A DNA stretch of 64,000 nucleotides from an uncultured Rhodopirellula sp. GTDB lineage: Bacteria > Planctomycetota > Planctomycetia > Pirellulales > Pirellulaceae. The DNA lies in NCBI GenBank assembly GCA_964007735.1, contig CAXGAI010000009.1, positions 1 through 64,000 on the forward strand. Direction: 5' to 3'. The notes below the pieces were generated by a model. It was not told the origin of the DNA, searched no databases, and saw nothing but the letters and a program-made list of their open reading frames with translations. Within the stretch, counting starts at the first letter, position 1; the number at the start of each line of letters is the position of its first letter. Below, piece by piece: positions 1 through 8,255 of this stretch. Position numbers and translations under genes: made by a program.

Positions 1-245
1 CTTTACGCTTTGGTGCAGCTTTCTTCTTAGCTACCTTCTTCTTAGCTACCTTCTTCTTGGCAACTTTCTTCTTAGCCACCTTCTTCTTAGCTACCTTCTT
101 CTTGGCTACCTTCTTCTTGGCTACCTTCTTCTTGGCAACTTTCTTCTTGGCAACTTTACGCTTTGGTGCAGCTTTCTTCTTAGCTACCTTCTTCTTAGCT
201 ACCTTCTTTTTGGCTACCTTCTTTTTGGCTACTCGTTTTTTAGCA
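1..245. repeat. 15-bp coding tandem repeat (KKKVA units) with a 153-bp higher-order duplication
   Basis: Repeated cttcttcttagctac / cttcttcttggcaac-type units. Positions 1-55 are identical to 154-208. Confidence 0.9.
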
Positions 246-265
246 GCTGCTTTTTTCTTGGCCAC
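1..265 (-). CDS. Lys/Ala-rich histone H1-like (HC2-like) DNA-binding protein, 3' end runs off the window
   Basis: Minus strand has a GGAGG RBS, then GTG at 265 reading [23 protein letters not shown]...[11 protein letters not shown] with no stop before position 1. The ORF track gives only the antisense 57..353 frame. Confidence 0.85.
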   Translation of the reverse strand, partial: MAKKKAAAKKRVAKKKVAKKKVAKKKVAKKKAAPKRKVAKKKVAKKKVAKKKVAKKKVAKKKVAKKKVAKKKVAKKKVAKKKAAPKRK

Positions 266-545
266 GTTTATGTCCTCCGAAATTTATTCTACGGTGTCTA
301 TGTCGCAAGTCGTCGTTTGCAAAAAGTTCGCTACACGTTTGGCAAACAACTGAAATTCCTTCACACTCGCTCACGACTCTGTATTGAATCGTTAAACAAG
401 TTAAGCTTCAACAATAGTATTTGTAAGCATCATCGGAATTAATGCAATGTTTTTTTAACAATAATATCCCACTCTGCGGAAATCAAAAGGTTTTGTTGAG
501 CGGGTATTAGACGTTACATCGCAAGTTTAATGCAATGCTAGTTTC

Positions 546-1655
546 TCAAAAGTACCGACCATGCATTCGTTGGAGCATCTGATAAGACGAGTAAGCGAGA
601 AAGAAGAACATGATTGCGATGAACATCATGTTCAGTCTCAGGCCGATCAATCCTGCCAGCGCACCGCATACGATCGACAACATCAGCGACTTGCTCACCC
701 CGTCCGGCACGCGACTTAGAACAAATAACTCACGAGCAATCTGACCTCCGTCGAGGGGATAGACGGGAATAAGATTCATCACCGCCCAAAACAATCCGAT
801 TTGAATAAAGCCAAAGCAAAAGATCGAAAGGAATTCATTCTGTACTCGGATCGTCCGGAGATGGCCACGTACCACATCTTCCCAAAGGATCAGTTTGTCC
901 GGCCCCCGATCTGCTCGATCCAAGATCCCAAAATACGTTCCGGAGAAGTGATCCAACATTTCGCGAGGAACGAATAATCTGGGGGTTTTATCTTCGACCG
1001 TTTTCCATATCGGCTCAGCAAACTTCGCCATCCCCTCAAGCTCTACTTCGTAATTCATCAACTCGAGTCGCGTAATCAATTCATCGTTGTTCTTATCAGC
1101 CAATCCCAATACAGCATGACTTGGTTTTGGAAATTGCTGAATGTCATAACACGGTAAAACCGCACCATTGACATCACGAAGATTTTGAAGGGACCCAACG
1201 GGATCAGCTGTCCAGGCTGCAGGAATACCCACAATGCCGGTTAAAAACCCATCTGTTTTCCCCATTCCACGGAGCAACAATATCAACAGAATAGCGGACA
1301 GCATTTGTACTCCAGGCCCCATGGCTGTCACGAATATTTTGGAACCCGAGGAGTATTGTCGACCATAGCCTACATAATTGGAAACCGAATCGGGTACCGC
1401 CAGACCGCCGAAGTGATAGAGAACAACATGTGACTGAATGCCGCACTTACGGAAAGCTAATGCATGTCCCATTTCATGAATCAAAATAGAAAGGAATATT
1501 GCCAAAGCAAACCCCAGAACAGGAAGTGGCTCTCGCCCGGCCGGCAGGCTAAGTATTGCAGCAATGGCCCAAAATCCGGGATGCACTCGGACCGGTATCC
1601 CGAAACAACGAAAAGCCAGATCGAAATCAGTTCTGTTTGGTTCACCTAATAACAA
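546..1655 (-). CDS. Site-2 protease (peptidase M50) with internal EF-hand-like insertion
   Basis: HEMGH zinc motif, NLIPVYPLDGG motif and hydrophobic segments. Confidence 0.88.
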   Translation of the reverse strand: MLLGEPNRTDFDLAFRCFGIPVRVHPGFWAIAAILSLPAGREPLPVLGFALAIFLSILIHEMGHALAFRKCGIQSHVVLYHFGGLAVPDSVSNYVGYGRQYSSGSKIFVTAMGPGVQMLSAILLILLLRGMGKTDGFLTGIVGIPAAWTADPVGSLQNLRDVNGAVLPCYDIQQFPKPSHAVLGLADKNNDELITRLELMNYEVELEGMAKFAEPIWKTVEDKTPRLFVPREMLDHFSGTYFGILDRADRGPDKLILWEDVVRGHLRTIRVQNEFLSIFCFGFIQIGLFWAVMNLIPVYPLDGGQIARELFVLSRVPDGVSKSLMLSIVCGALAGLIGLRLNMMFIAIMFFFLAYSSYQMLQRMHGRYF

Positions 1656-1713
1656 TTGAGAATCCCTTGTTTACCTTGCAAACGCATACCGCAGAAAACT
1701 CAGCATCTGCCTA

Positions 1714-2928
1714 TTAGGCCGCAGACTTGGTTGCGGTAAGTGTCTTTCCGGTCAAAGACTCCATTATAAAGACTGCAGCTCGCTGTGAAGCACCGGGATG
1801 CCCGTACATTTCTGACAATATTGACAATTGAGCAACGCTTTCGTCATAGCTTTCTGAATCACTGAGCCACTGAATCACATGTCCAGCAATTTCCGCCGAC
1901 TTATCCGTACACGTGGGGTATTCCGGCATCGGGATATCTTCACCATCTGGGTCATCCGGATGCCAGTCACGTTCGAGTGGTACAAATGGCTGGGAAGACG
2001 CGATAAGGTTCACCAAGGTGATATAGCGAACATTTACCATGAACTTTGCATACTTATAAAGCAACTTACTCATGTGATATAACACGACCGTTGGCTTTTG
2101 ATAATACATCAATTCCAGCGATACACTTCCTGAACAGGCCATGCAACAATCGGCTGCCTGCATAAGTTCGGGGGTGCGACTCGTGTAAACTTCAATATTG
2201 AGATCAGCAGCAGCAATCTGTTCCCGGGCAAATTCTGCCTGCGACTCCTTGAACGCCGCCACCGCAAAACGAACATCCGGCACACGCTCTTCAATCTGTT
2301 CAACGGCTTTCAAAAACCACGGCAACTGGCTCTCAACTTCCTGTGTGCGAGAACCTGGCAGAATCGTAACTAGCGGCCCTTTGCCATTTTGCATCGCCTC
2401 TATAAACGTACTATCAGCTTGATGGGAAACCAATTCGTCAAAAAATGGGTGCCCTACATATTTAGCGTCACATCCGCGATCACGGTACCACTTCTCTTCG
2501 AACGGTAATTTGCACAATGCATAGCTGACATTACGCCGCATTTTGCGTATTCGCCATGGCGCCCAGGCCCAGAGTTGAGGAACCCCATAATAATAAACTG
2601 GAATCCCGTGGCGACGTGCACGTTTAGCAATAGCCCAATTGAAACCGGGGTAATCAATCAGGACTACAGCATCAACCTCGTTGTCTTTAAAGTACCTCTC
2701 TGCCTGACGAGCAAATGCAAAGAACTTATGCAGATTCAATAACACTCGTACAAAGAACATCACGGCAAACTGAGTCAGGTCAAACAGGAGCTTGCAGCCC
2801 ACTTCTTGCATGCGCGGACCACCAAAACCGACACATTCAATGTCCGGATCATGACGTTTCAATTCCTGAATCAGATTGGAACCGTGCAAGTCACCGCTCG
2901 GCTCACCAACTGAAAAGAAGATCCTCAT
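1714..2928 (-). CDS. lpxB: Lipid-A-disaccharide synthase
   Basis: GEPSGDLHG, IDYPGFN, PQLWAW, LPFE, VGHP and LPGSR motifs. Start placed at MRIFFSVGE (ORF extends to 2961). Confidence 0.93.
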   Translation of the reverse strand: MRIFFSVGEPSGDLHGSNLIQELKRHDPDIECVGFGGPRMQEVGCKLLFDLTQFAVMFFVRVLLNLHKFFAFARQAERYFKDNEVDAVVLIDYPGFNWAIAKRARRHGIPVYYYGVPQLWAWAPWRIRKMRRNVSYALCKLPFEEKWYRDRGCDAKYVGHPFFDELVSHQADSTFIEAMQNGKGPLVTILPGSRTQEVESQLPWFLKAVEQIEERVPDVRFAVAAFKESQAEFAREQIAAADLNIEVYTSRTPELMQAADCCMACSGSVSLELMYYQKPTVVLYHMSKLLYKYAKFMVNVRYITLVNLIASSQPFVPLERDWHPDDPDGEDIPMPEYPTCTDKSAEIAGHVIQWLSDSESYDESVAQLSILSEMYGHPGASQRAAVFIMESLTGKTLTATKSAA

Positions 2929-3118
2929 AACCTGTCTCACTACCTTTACTATTGCCAACATGAAGCTGGAGAAATTCTGTCACAAATTATCAACAAAACG
3001 TCAGCATGGTGGTATAGCAGATTTAAATTTCAGCACCGGTTTGGAGTACCGCCGCGGCATTATTCAATGTTAAGATGCCAGTTTGCAATCATTCACTCCC
3101 ACGAAGCAACTATCCCTA

Positions 3119-4138
3119 ATGACCAGACTTATACAACGCTTTCTGCTCATCTGGCTATCGTTACTCTCACTCACAGCGTATTACTGGCCCAGCTTTGGAA
3201 TTGAATTCGATCCTTTCGAACACACCGCCAAAAACTCATTACCTTATCTAATCATCGTGACGATGTTCGGCGTCGGCTGGATGCTTCCTATTGACGAGAT
3301 CAGAAAGGTCGCTTCGCAATGGCCAAAAGTTATAGGTGGAACTTTTACACAATTTCTCGTCATGCCCTTACTGGCATTAGGAGTTGGGCTGGCCTTTGGG
3401 CTTTCGGGGGAAAACTTGGTCGGTGTCATTCTTGTTGGCTGTGTACCGGGAGCAATGGCCTCTAACGTCCTCACGATAGTCTCAAAAGGTAATGCAAGTT
3501 ACAGCGTCAGCCTAACTACGTTAGCGACCATCCTGTCACCAATCGCCGTTCCGACCATGCTGGCAATATCCGCTTCGGTAGTTGACCAATCTACACGCGA
3601 GATAATTGAAAGTGCGAGCAACGATTCGGGCAGCATTTATCTAGACTCAGCTGTTAAATTACTTAAATGGGTCGTCCTACCGGTCATTGCCGGATTCACC
3701 ATGGGACGCTTACTCCCTCAATATGAATCTCAGGCAAAAACCATCGGTTCTAATATGGCCAACCTGGCCATTCTTTTAATTGTTGCCGCAGTCATTGGCA
3801 TTTCGCGTGACGATTTGGCCGCACTACCGATGATGGTATTTGGCTGTTTGTTACTAATCAACATTCTGGGATATCTCAGCGGATTTACCGGGGGCTCTTT
3901 CATGCGATTAACCCATCCCATGAAGCGTGCTCTGACACTTGAAGTGGGGATGCAAAACGCCGGGCTTGGTGCCACATTAGCTACCCAACTATTCACCACG
4001 GATTCAAGTGTCGCCATTGCACCGGCCTTCTATACTTTTTTCTGCATGTTTACGGGCACTATTCTGGCATGGTACTGGAACTCTAGACCGGTCCCTGAAC
4101 ACGGGCCGCAAGAGGTTTCGCACCATCAGCATGGCTAA
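3119..4138 (+). CDS. Bile acid:sodium symporter (BASS) family transporter
   Basis: QFLVMP, PGAMASNV and EVGMQNAGLG motifs; multiple TM segments. Confidence 0.9.
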   Translation: MTRLIQRFLLIWLSLLSLTAYYWPSFGIEFDPFEHTAKNSLPYLIIVTMFGVGWMLPIDEIRKVASQWPKVIGGTFTQFLVMPLLALGVGLAFGLSGENLVGVILVGCVPGAMASNVLTIVSKGNASYSVSLTTLATILSPIAVPTMLAISASVVDQSTREIIESASNDSGSIYLDSAVKLLKWVVLPVIAGFTMGRLLPQYESQAKTIGSNMANLAILLIVAAVIGISRDDLAALPMMVFGCLLLINILGYLSGFTGGSFMRLTHPMKRALTLEVGMQNAGLGATLATQLFTTDSSVAIAPAFYTFFCMFTGTILAWYWNSRPVPEHGPQEVSHHQHG

Positions 4139-5426
4139 GTCATCTAAGGCAATCATTCACGACATTCCGGAAGCCGCTGCGGCACCCGAAGTTCAGCGTC
4201 ATAATTTTCTGGTGATGGCGTTCTATCAGATCACGCTACGATGTGGCTGGATTTTCAAAACTGAGAGTATCGTAATGCCTGCATTTCTGGATGCTTTAGG
4301 TGTATCAGCCTGGGTAAGAGGTTTCCTGCCATTATTCAATCGGTTCGGCCAAAGCGTGCCTCCGATGCTGCTTTCTTCAGACGTACGAGGAGCGCAGCAC
4401 AAGAAAACCATCGTATCGCTAACCATGTTTTTGCTTGCGGTCTGTTTTCTTGCCATTGCATTCATCTGGAACCTATCGGCAAATGCCTGGTGGATGCCTG
4501 TCATCTTCCTGCTGATCTATGGGTTATTCTTTATGATCGTTGGCGTCCATAATCTTGCTGCCCGAGCCGTTCAGGGAAAGCTCATCCGAGCGAATCGCCG
4601 TGGCCGACTTATGATGGTTGGGAATGTTATCGGAGCCCTAGCCTCAGTCAGTCTAGCCTATTGGCTGTTTCCTCAATGGTTACCCGCAGAAGGTCCGCAT
4701 AACTTTTTCGGGCTATTTGCTTTTGCGGCTGGCATGTTTGTTGTTTCAGCTTTCGTTGCTATGGTCGTCATTGAACCTGAAGACCATCATCTTAGGGCAA
4801 CAAACCGCCTTCATAATGCGTGGCAAGATGCAAAACGTACTTTTCGGGAAGACCCGCGATTTCGTCGTATTGCATTAGTCGGAGCCTTCACTAATACATC
4901 GATTATGTTGTTTCCACACTACCAACCAATCGCCAAAGAATACCTCGAAATGTCGCTCGACAATCTCATGCCTTGGGTAATCGCTCAAAATCTCGGAATG
5001 GCAGCTTTCAGCATGGTCTTAGGCCCCATCGCCGACCTGCGAGGAAACCGAACTGTCCTCAGGTTGCTTCTGATTGTCATGATTGCCACCCCGCTACTAA
5101 CCCTCTTTCTAATAAACCAGCCGACCTGGGGTGGTGACTACTTCTGGATCATTTTTGTTCTGGTGGGGATGACTCCATTTTCAATCGGTATCCTATCCAA
5201 CTACACATTAGAGTTAACGGAAACAGACAACCATCCAAGGTACCTGGCGACACTGGGACTCGTCGTGGCGATTCCAGCAGTCCTCTCACCACTGGTCAGT
5301 TATTCCATGGACTACTTTGAATCCCCCACACCGCTGTTCACTGCCGTTTCCATACTGCTGGTCTTCGCCTGGCTGCTTACATTTCGAATACCCGAACCAC
5401 GCTTCGGTGAAAGCTTACCGGAGTAG
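4131..5426 (+). CDS. MFS transporter
   Basis: About 12 hydrophobic segments with motif-A-like GPIADLRGNR. ATG at 4131 overlaps the upstream stop. Confidence 0.8.
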   Translation: MAKSSKAIIHDIPEAAAAPEVQRHNFLVMAFYQITLRCGWIFKTESIVMPAFLDALGVSAWVRGFLPLFNRFGQSVPPMLLSSDVRGAQHKKTIVSLTMFLLAVCFLAIAFIWNLSANAWWMPVIFLLIYGLFFMIVGVHNLAARAVQGKLIRANRRGRLMMVGNVIGALASVSLAYWLFPQWLPAEGPHNFFGLFAFAAGMFVVSAFVAMVVIEPEDHHLRATNRLHNAWQDAKRTFREDPRFRRIALVGAFTNTSIMLFPHYQPIAKEYLEMSLDNLMPWVIAQNLGMAAFSMVLGPIADLRGNRTVLRLLLIVMIATPLLTLFLINQPTWGGDYFWIIFVLVGMTPFSIGILSNYTLELTETDNHPRYLATLGLVVAIPAVLSPLVSYSMDYFESPTPLFTAVSILLVFAWLLTFRIPEPRFGESLPE

Positions 5427-5960
5427 CATATCCAGATAACCGGTCGTGATGCTCTCCCCCAGCCCAAGTGACGCAGAAAGTTGTGTCAAGAGCGCGGTGG
5501 CAGAGTCCAAATCATCTTCAGCGACCACCAGTTCGAATTCCACAAACTTACCCAGACCCTGAATCTCATCAAACGCCACGACGACTTCCTGTTGCTGAAA
5601 ACTTAACATTCCTTTTCTTCGTTGCTTCACCACGCTGTGGACGTATGTGAAGCCGAGAGTCAAAAGAAACTGTTTCAGTGCATTGCCGTCAGTACCAGGA
5701 TTAGCAACCTGCAATTCCAATTCCTGTCTCGTTTTGGTGGTCGAATCAATGCGTGGACCTTTGTAAGTGAACATTGCCTCGGAGCCATCTAAACGCACAC
5801 GCAAGGCTTCGTCCGTTTCTGCAAAGTCTCGAAGCGGGTGATTGAAATAAGCATCTTCCTGACACACTGTCTCTCGCCAGCAAATACCCAAATCTTCAAG
5901 TTGATCGAGTAATGCTGCCTCGTGGATCACTCGGAACTTCTGTTCAACTTCGTAATTCAT
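5415..5960 (-). CDS. cyaB: CYTH-domain protein (class IV adenylate cyclase CyaB / triphosphatase family)
   Basis: N-terminal ExExK (EVEQK), QEDAYF, ALRVR, TYKGP and FVEFE motifs. Confidence 0.85.
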   Translation of the reverse strand: MNYEVEQKFRVIHEAALLDQLEDLGICWRETVCQEDAYFNHPLRDFAETDEALRVRLDGSEAMFTYKGPRIDSTTKTRQELELQVANPGTDGNALKQFLLTLGFTYVHSVVKQRRKGMLSFQQQEVVVAFDEIQGLGKFVEFELVVAEDDLDSATALLTQLSASLGLGESITTGYLDMLLR

Positions 5961-5982
5961 AGGGGCTTATAGCTTCCCGCTA

Positions 5983-7065
5983 TCAATCAGCAGAGGCTAA
6001 TTGATAGCGAGCCATGGTGGTTTTTAGAGTTTTAATAATGCTGCGATGATCATTATTCGGGCCTATACAACCAGAAACTGCCACTCGGCTAAAACCAGCT
6101 TCGGCAATCTTGTGGATATTGTCTTTATCAATACCGCCAATGGCAAAAGCTGGCAATGAACAATTCGATGCTACCCAGGTAAGAAAATCCAGCCCTGGAA
6201 AATCACTAAAATCTTTCGTTGTTGAGGGAAACGTTGGGCCACATCCGATGTAATCAGCACCATCCCGAATAGCTTGCTCGACCTGTTCCGTATGGTGAGT
6301 CGAAATTCCTATTAGAAATTGGTTTCCCAGTAATTGGCGAGCATCCTGAAGCGAAATTTCAGTCTGTCCTAAATGAACCCCATCCGCTCTGGACATACGA
6401 CAAATATCCGGACGGTCGTTCACGATCATGAGCACAAGTCGTCCGGAACGTTCGATCTCTCCATCGATTAGCTTTCGCAAATGCCGGGCTCTTTCTAATA
6501 ACGTCTTATCATCGAGTTGTTTGTCTCGTAATTGAATGACATCGATACCCGCCAGTAGCAAAGATCTTACATGACTCTCAAACTCAGATAGCGTTGCGCC
6601 ACCTGGTACCAACCCGTAAATGGTAAGCGTTTCAAAGGTATCGTTGGCTACTGCCTGAGCTACCAAACATTTTTCCAAATCATAAGTCTGATACCTCAGC
6701 TTCTCAAAAGCACAGCCGACTTCTGCATCAAAGATTTTGCCATATTCTTCCAATGATCGCAGGGATTGCTTCAATCTCCCGAGCGAAGCTAAAACAACAT
6801 GGGAAACGTCTTTCCGTTCGTACTCGGATGCAGTTGTTACATGACGGCCCACATCTCCGACAGAATCCCTAGCGAGAATACGCTCCACTAACGGCAGATC
6901 CTCCGCTAACTCCTGCAAGTCATGACGCATCTGCTTGAGCGTTTCGGTCCGAGGGCGATCATCAATAATAAACCGAGTGTATTCCTCGATGGTACGCATC
7001 GCTTCCATCGAGCGATTGAGGTTCGCGTCTATGATCCTCAACACTTTGCTTTGCTCATCAGTCAT
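5983..7065 (-). CDS. thiE: Thiamine-phosphate synthase with N-terminal helical (ThiD2-like) extension
   Basis: RIIDANLNR N-terminal domain; QLRDK, IVNDR, DGVHLGQ, GPTFPSTTK and AIGGI motifs. Confidence 0.9.
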   Translation of the reverse strand: MTDEQSKVLRIIDANLNRSMEAMRTIEEYTRFIIDDRPRTETLKQMRHDLQELAEDLPLVERILARDSVGDVGRHVTTASEYERKDVSHVVLASLGRLKQSLRSLEEYGKIFDAEVGCAFEKLRYQTYDLEKCLVAQAVANDTFETLTIYGLVPGGATLSEFESHVRSLLLAGIDVIQLRDKQLDDKTLLERARHLRKLIDGEIERSGRLVLMIVNDRPDICRMSRADGVHLGQTEISLQDARQLLGNQFLIGISTHHTEQVEQAIRDGADYIGCGPTFPSTTKDFSDFPGLDFLTWVASNCSLPAFAIGGIDKDNIHKIAEAGFSRVAVSGCIGPNNDHRSIIKTLKTTMARYQLASAD

Positions 7066-7114
7066 GAATGAGTATCCTGGTAGCTACATCGAAAAACAGC
7101 CTTGTCACCGGTTT

Positions 7115-7130
7115 TGGAACGGTGTTTGCA
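7115..7130 (+). promoter_or_regulatory. Putative sigma54 (-24/-12) promoter
   Basis: TGGAACG-GTGT-TTGCA has GG-N10-GC spacing and one mismatch to TGGCACG-N4-TTGCW. It is intergenic and faces the TPR gene and clpC. Confidence 0.6.
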
Positions 7131-7400
7131 TTAACTAATAGTCTAGTGATGAGATGATCGTTTGACCATTTATGGCAGCCTATTTCAGCTGAAAAGCAGC
7201 TTGTTTGAGGTAGCCAACCTGCCAAATTGTCAGTTGCATCGATCTTCCTGGCTATCCGGAGGAATCTAGCAGCAAAAGGTTCTCAGGAATCGAATAAGGA
7301 AATAACTGTGGTTGTCGAAAATGTTGGAAAACATCTAGAATCCAGCATGACGACATACAAGCCCTGTGCCCTTACTATTTTAGAAGGTTAAGAACGCCTG

Positions 7401-8096
7401 ATGAAACACTTGAAGTGGATCACCTGTATTTGGCCCGGATTATCCAGACTCTGGCTTCATGGTCAGTGGACGGGATTGGCGATTGCTGCTGGATTTGGTG
7501 TCATTTTCAATTTGGCAATCATCCTCGAATTCCAACTTGCCGGTGAGGTGTATGAAAGCGTCCAGGCAGCAAGCTTGTTAGTCGCTTTAGCTTTCTGGAT
7601 TGGCGGATGCCTTGACGGTATTATTGTGACGGTTTTTTACCGTCGTCAGAAAAAGTTGAGCCAGCAACGTCATAGCGAAGTCATTGATACCACTAAAGTT
7701 GCGGATGACTCGGAGAATTTGGCAAACATTAACGATGGGAAAAAACTTGATGATTCTTCCGACGCCGTCGAAGAATTCACCCCAGAGTCGTCCCAAACCA
7801 TCACAGATGACTTGTTCATCCAAGCACGAAACCAATACTTAAAAGGCAACTGGCTAAAGTGTGAAATACTGTTGGACAGTGCATTAGAAGAATTCCCGGG
7901 AGACTTAGAGTCCCGTTTACTCCTGATTTCGCTACTACGCTTAACAAAACGTTACGAAGATGCTTTAGTGGAGATCACTCAATTCCAGAAATGGGATGGA
8001 GCGGAGAAATGGGATTTCGAAATCACGCGGGAGGTGGAGTTGCTTGATAGAATTCTCTCCAAATTGGAGGATTCTGAGATAACCCAGGCAGCATAG
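7401..8096 (+). CDS. Membrane-anchored TPR-like protein
   Basis: N-terminal WPGL plus 2 TM segments, an acidic linker and C-terminal TPR-like helices (FIQARNQYLKGNW...PGDLESRLLL). Confidence 0.7.
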   Translation: MKHLKWITCIWPGLSRLWLHGQWTGLAIAAGFGVIFNLAIILEFQLAGEVYESVQAASLLVALAFWIGGCLDGIIVTVFYRRQKKLSQQRHSEVIDTTKVADDSENLANINDGKKLDDSSDAVEEFTPESSQTITDDLFIQARNQYLKGNWLKCEILLDSALEEFPGDLESRLLLISLLRLTKRYEDALVEITQFQKWDGAEKWDFEITREVELLDRILSKLEDSEITQAA

Positions 8097-8255
8097 TTAG
8101 ATAAATAGGAAAAAGACTGCCCCCCTGAAAGGTGGTGTGGTATCCCTCAAAATGCAAATTACGGTTATGTTGGATAGATAAGAGTTTGTGTTCTGCGTGT
8201 ACCTTTGGTAGTTACGAAGTACAGCATGAGACAAGAGCGAGTTTAGGAGTCACCT

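Noticed and set aside
1..245. Short repeats as a possible CRISPR array
   Set aside because: They are contiguous 15-bp in-frame coding repeats without unique spacers, and no cas genes are present.
57..353. 98-aa ORF of (ATFFL)n on the plus strand
   Set aside because: It is the antisense shadow of the Lys-rich repeat gene, which has the RBS and a plausible product.
439..537. Direct repeat TTAATGCAATG at 439-449 and 527-537
   Set aside because: Only two AT-rich copies with no further support; chance cannot be excluded.
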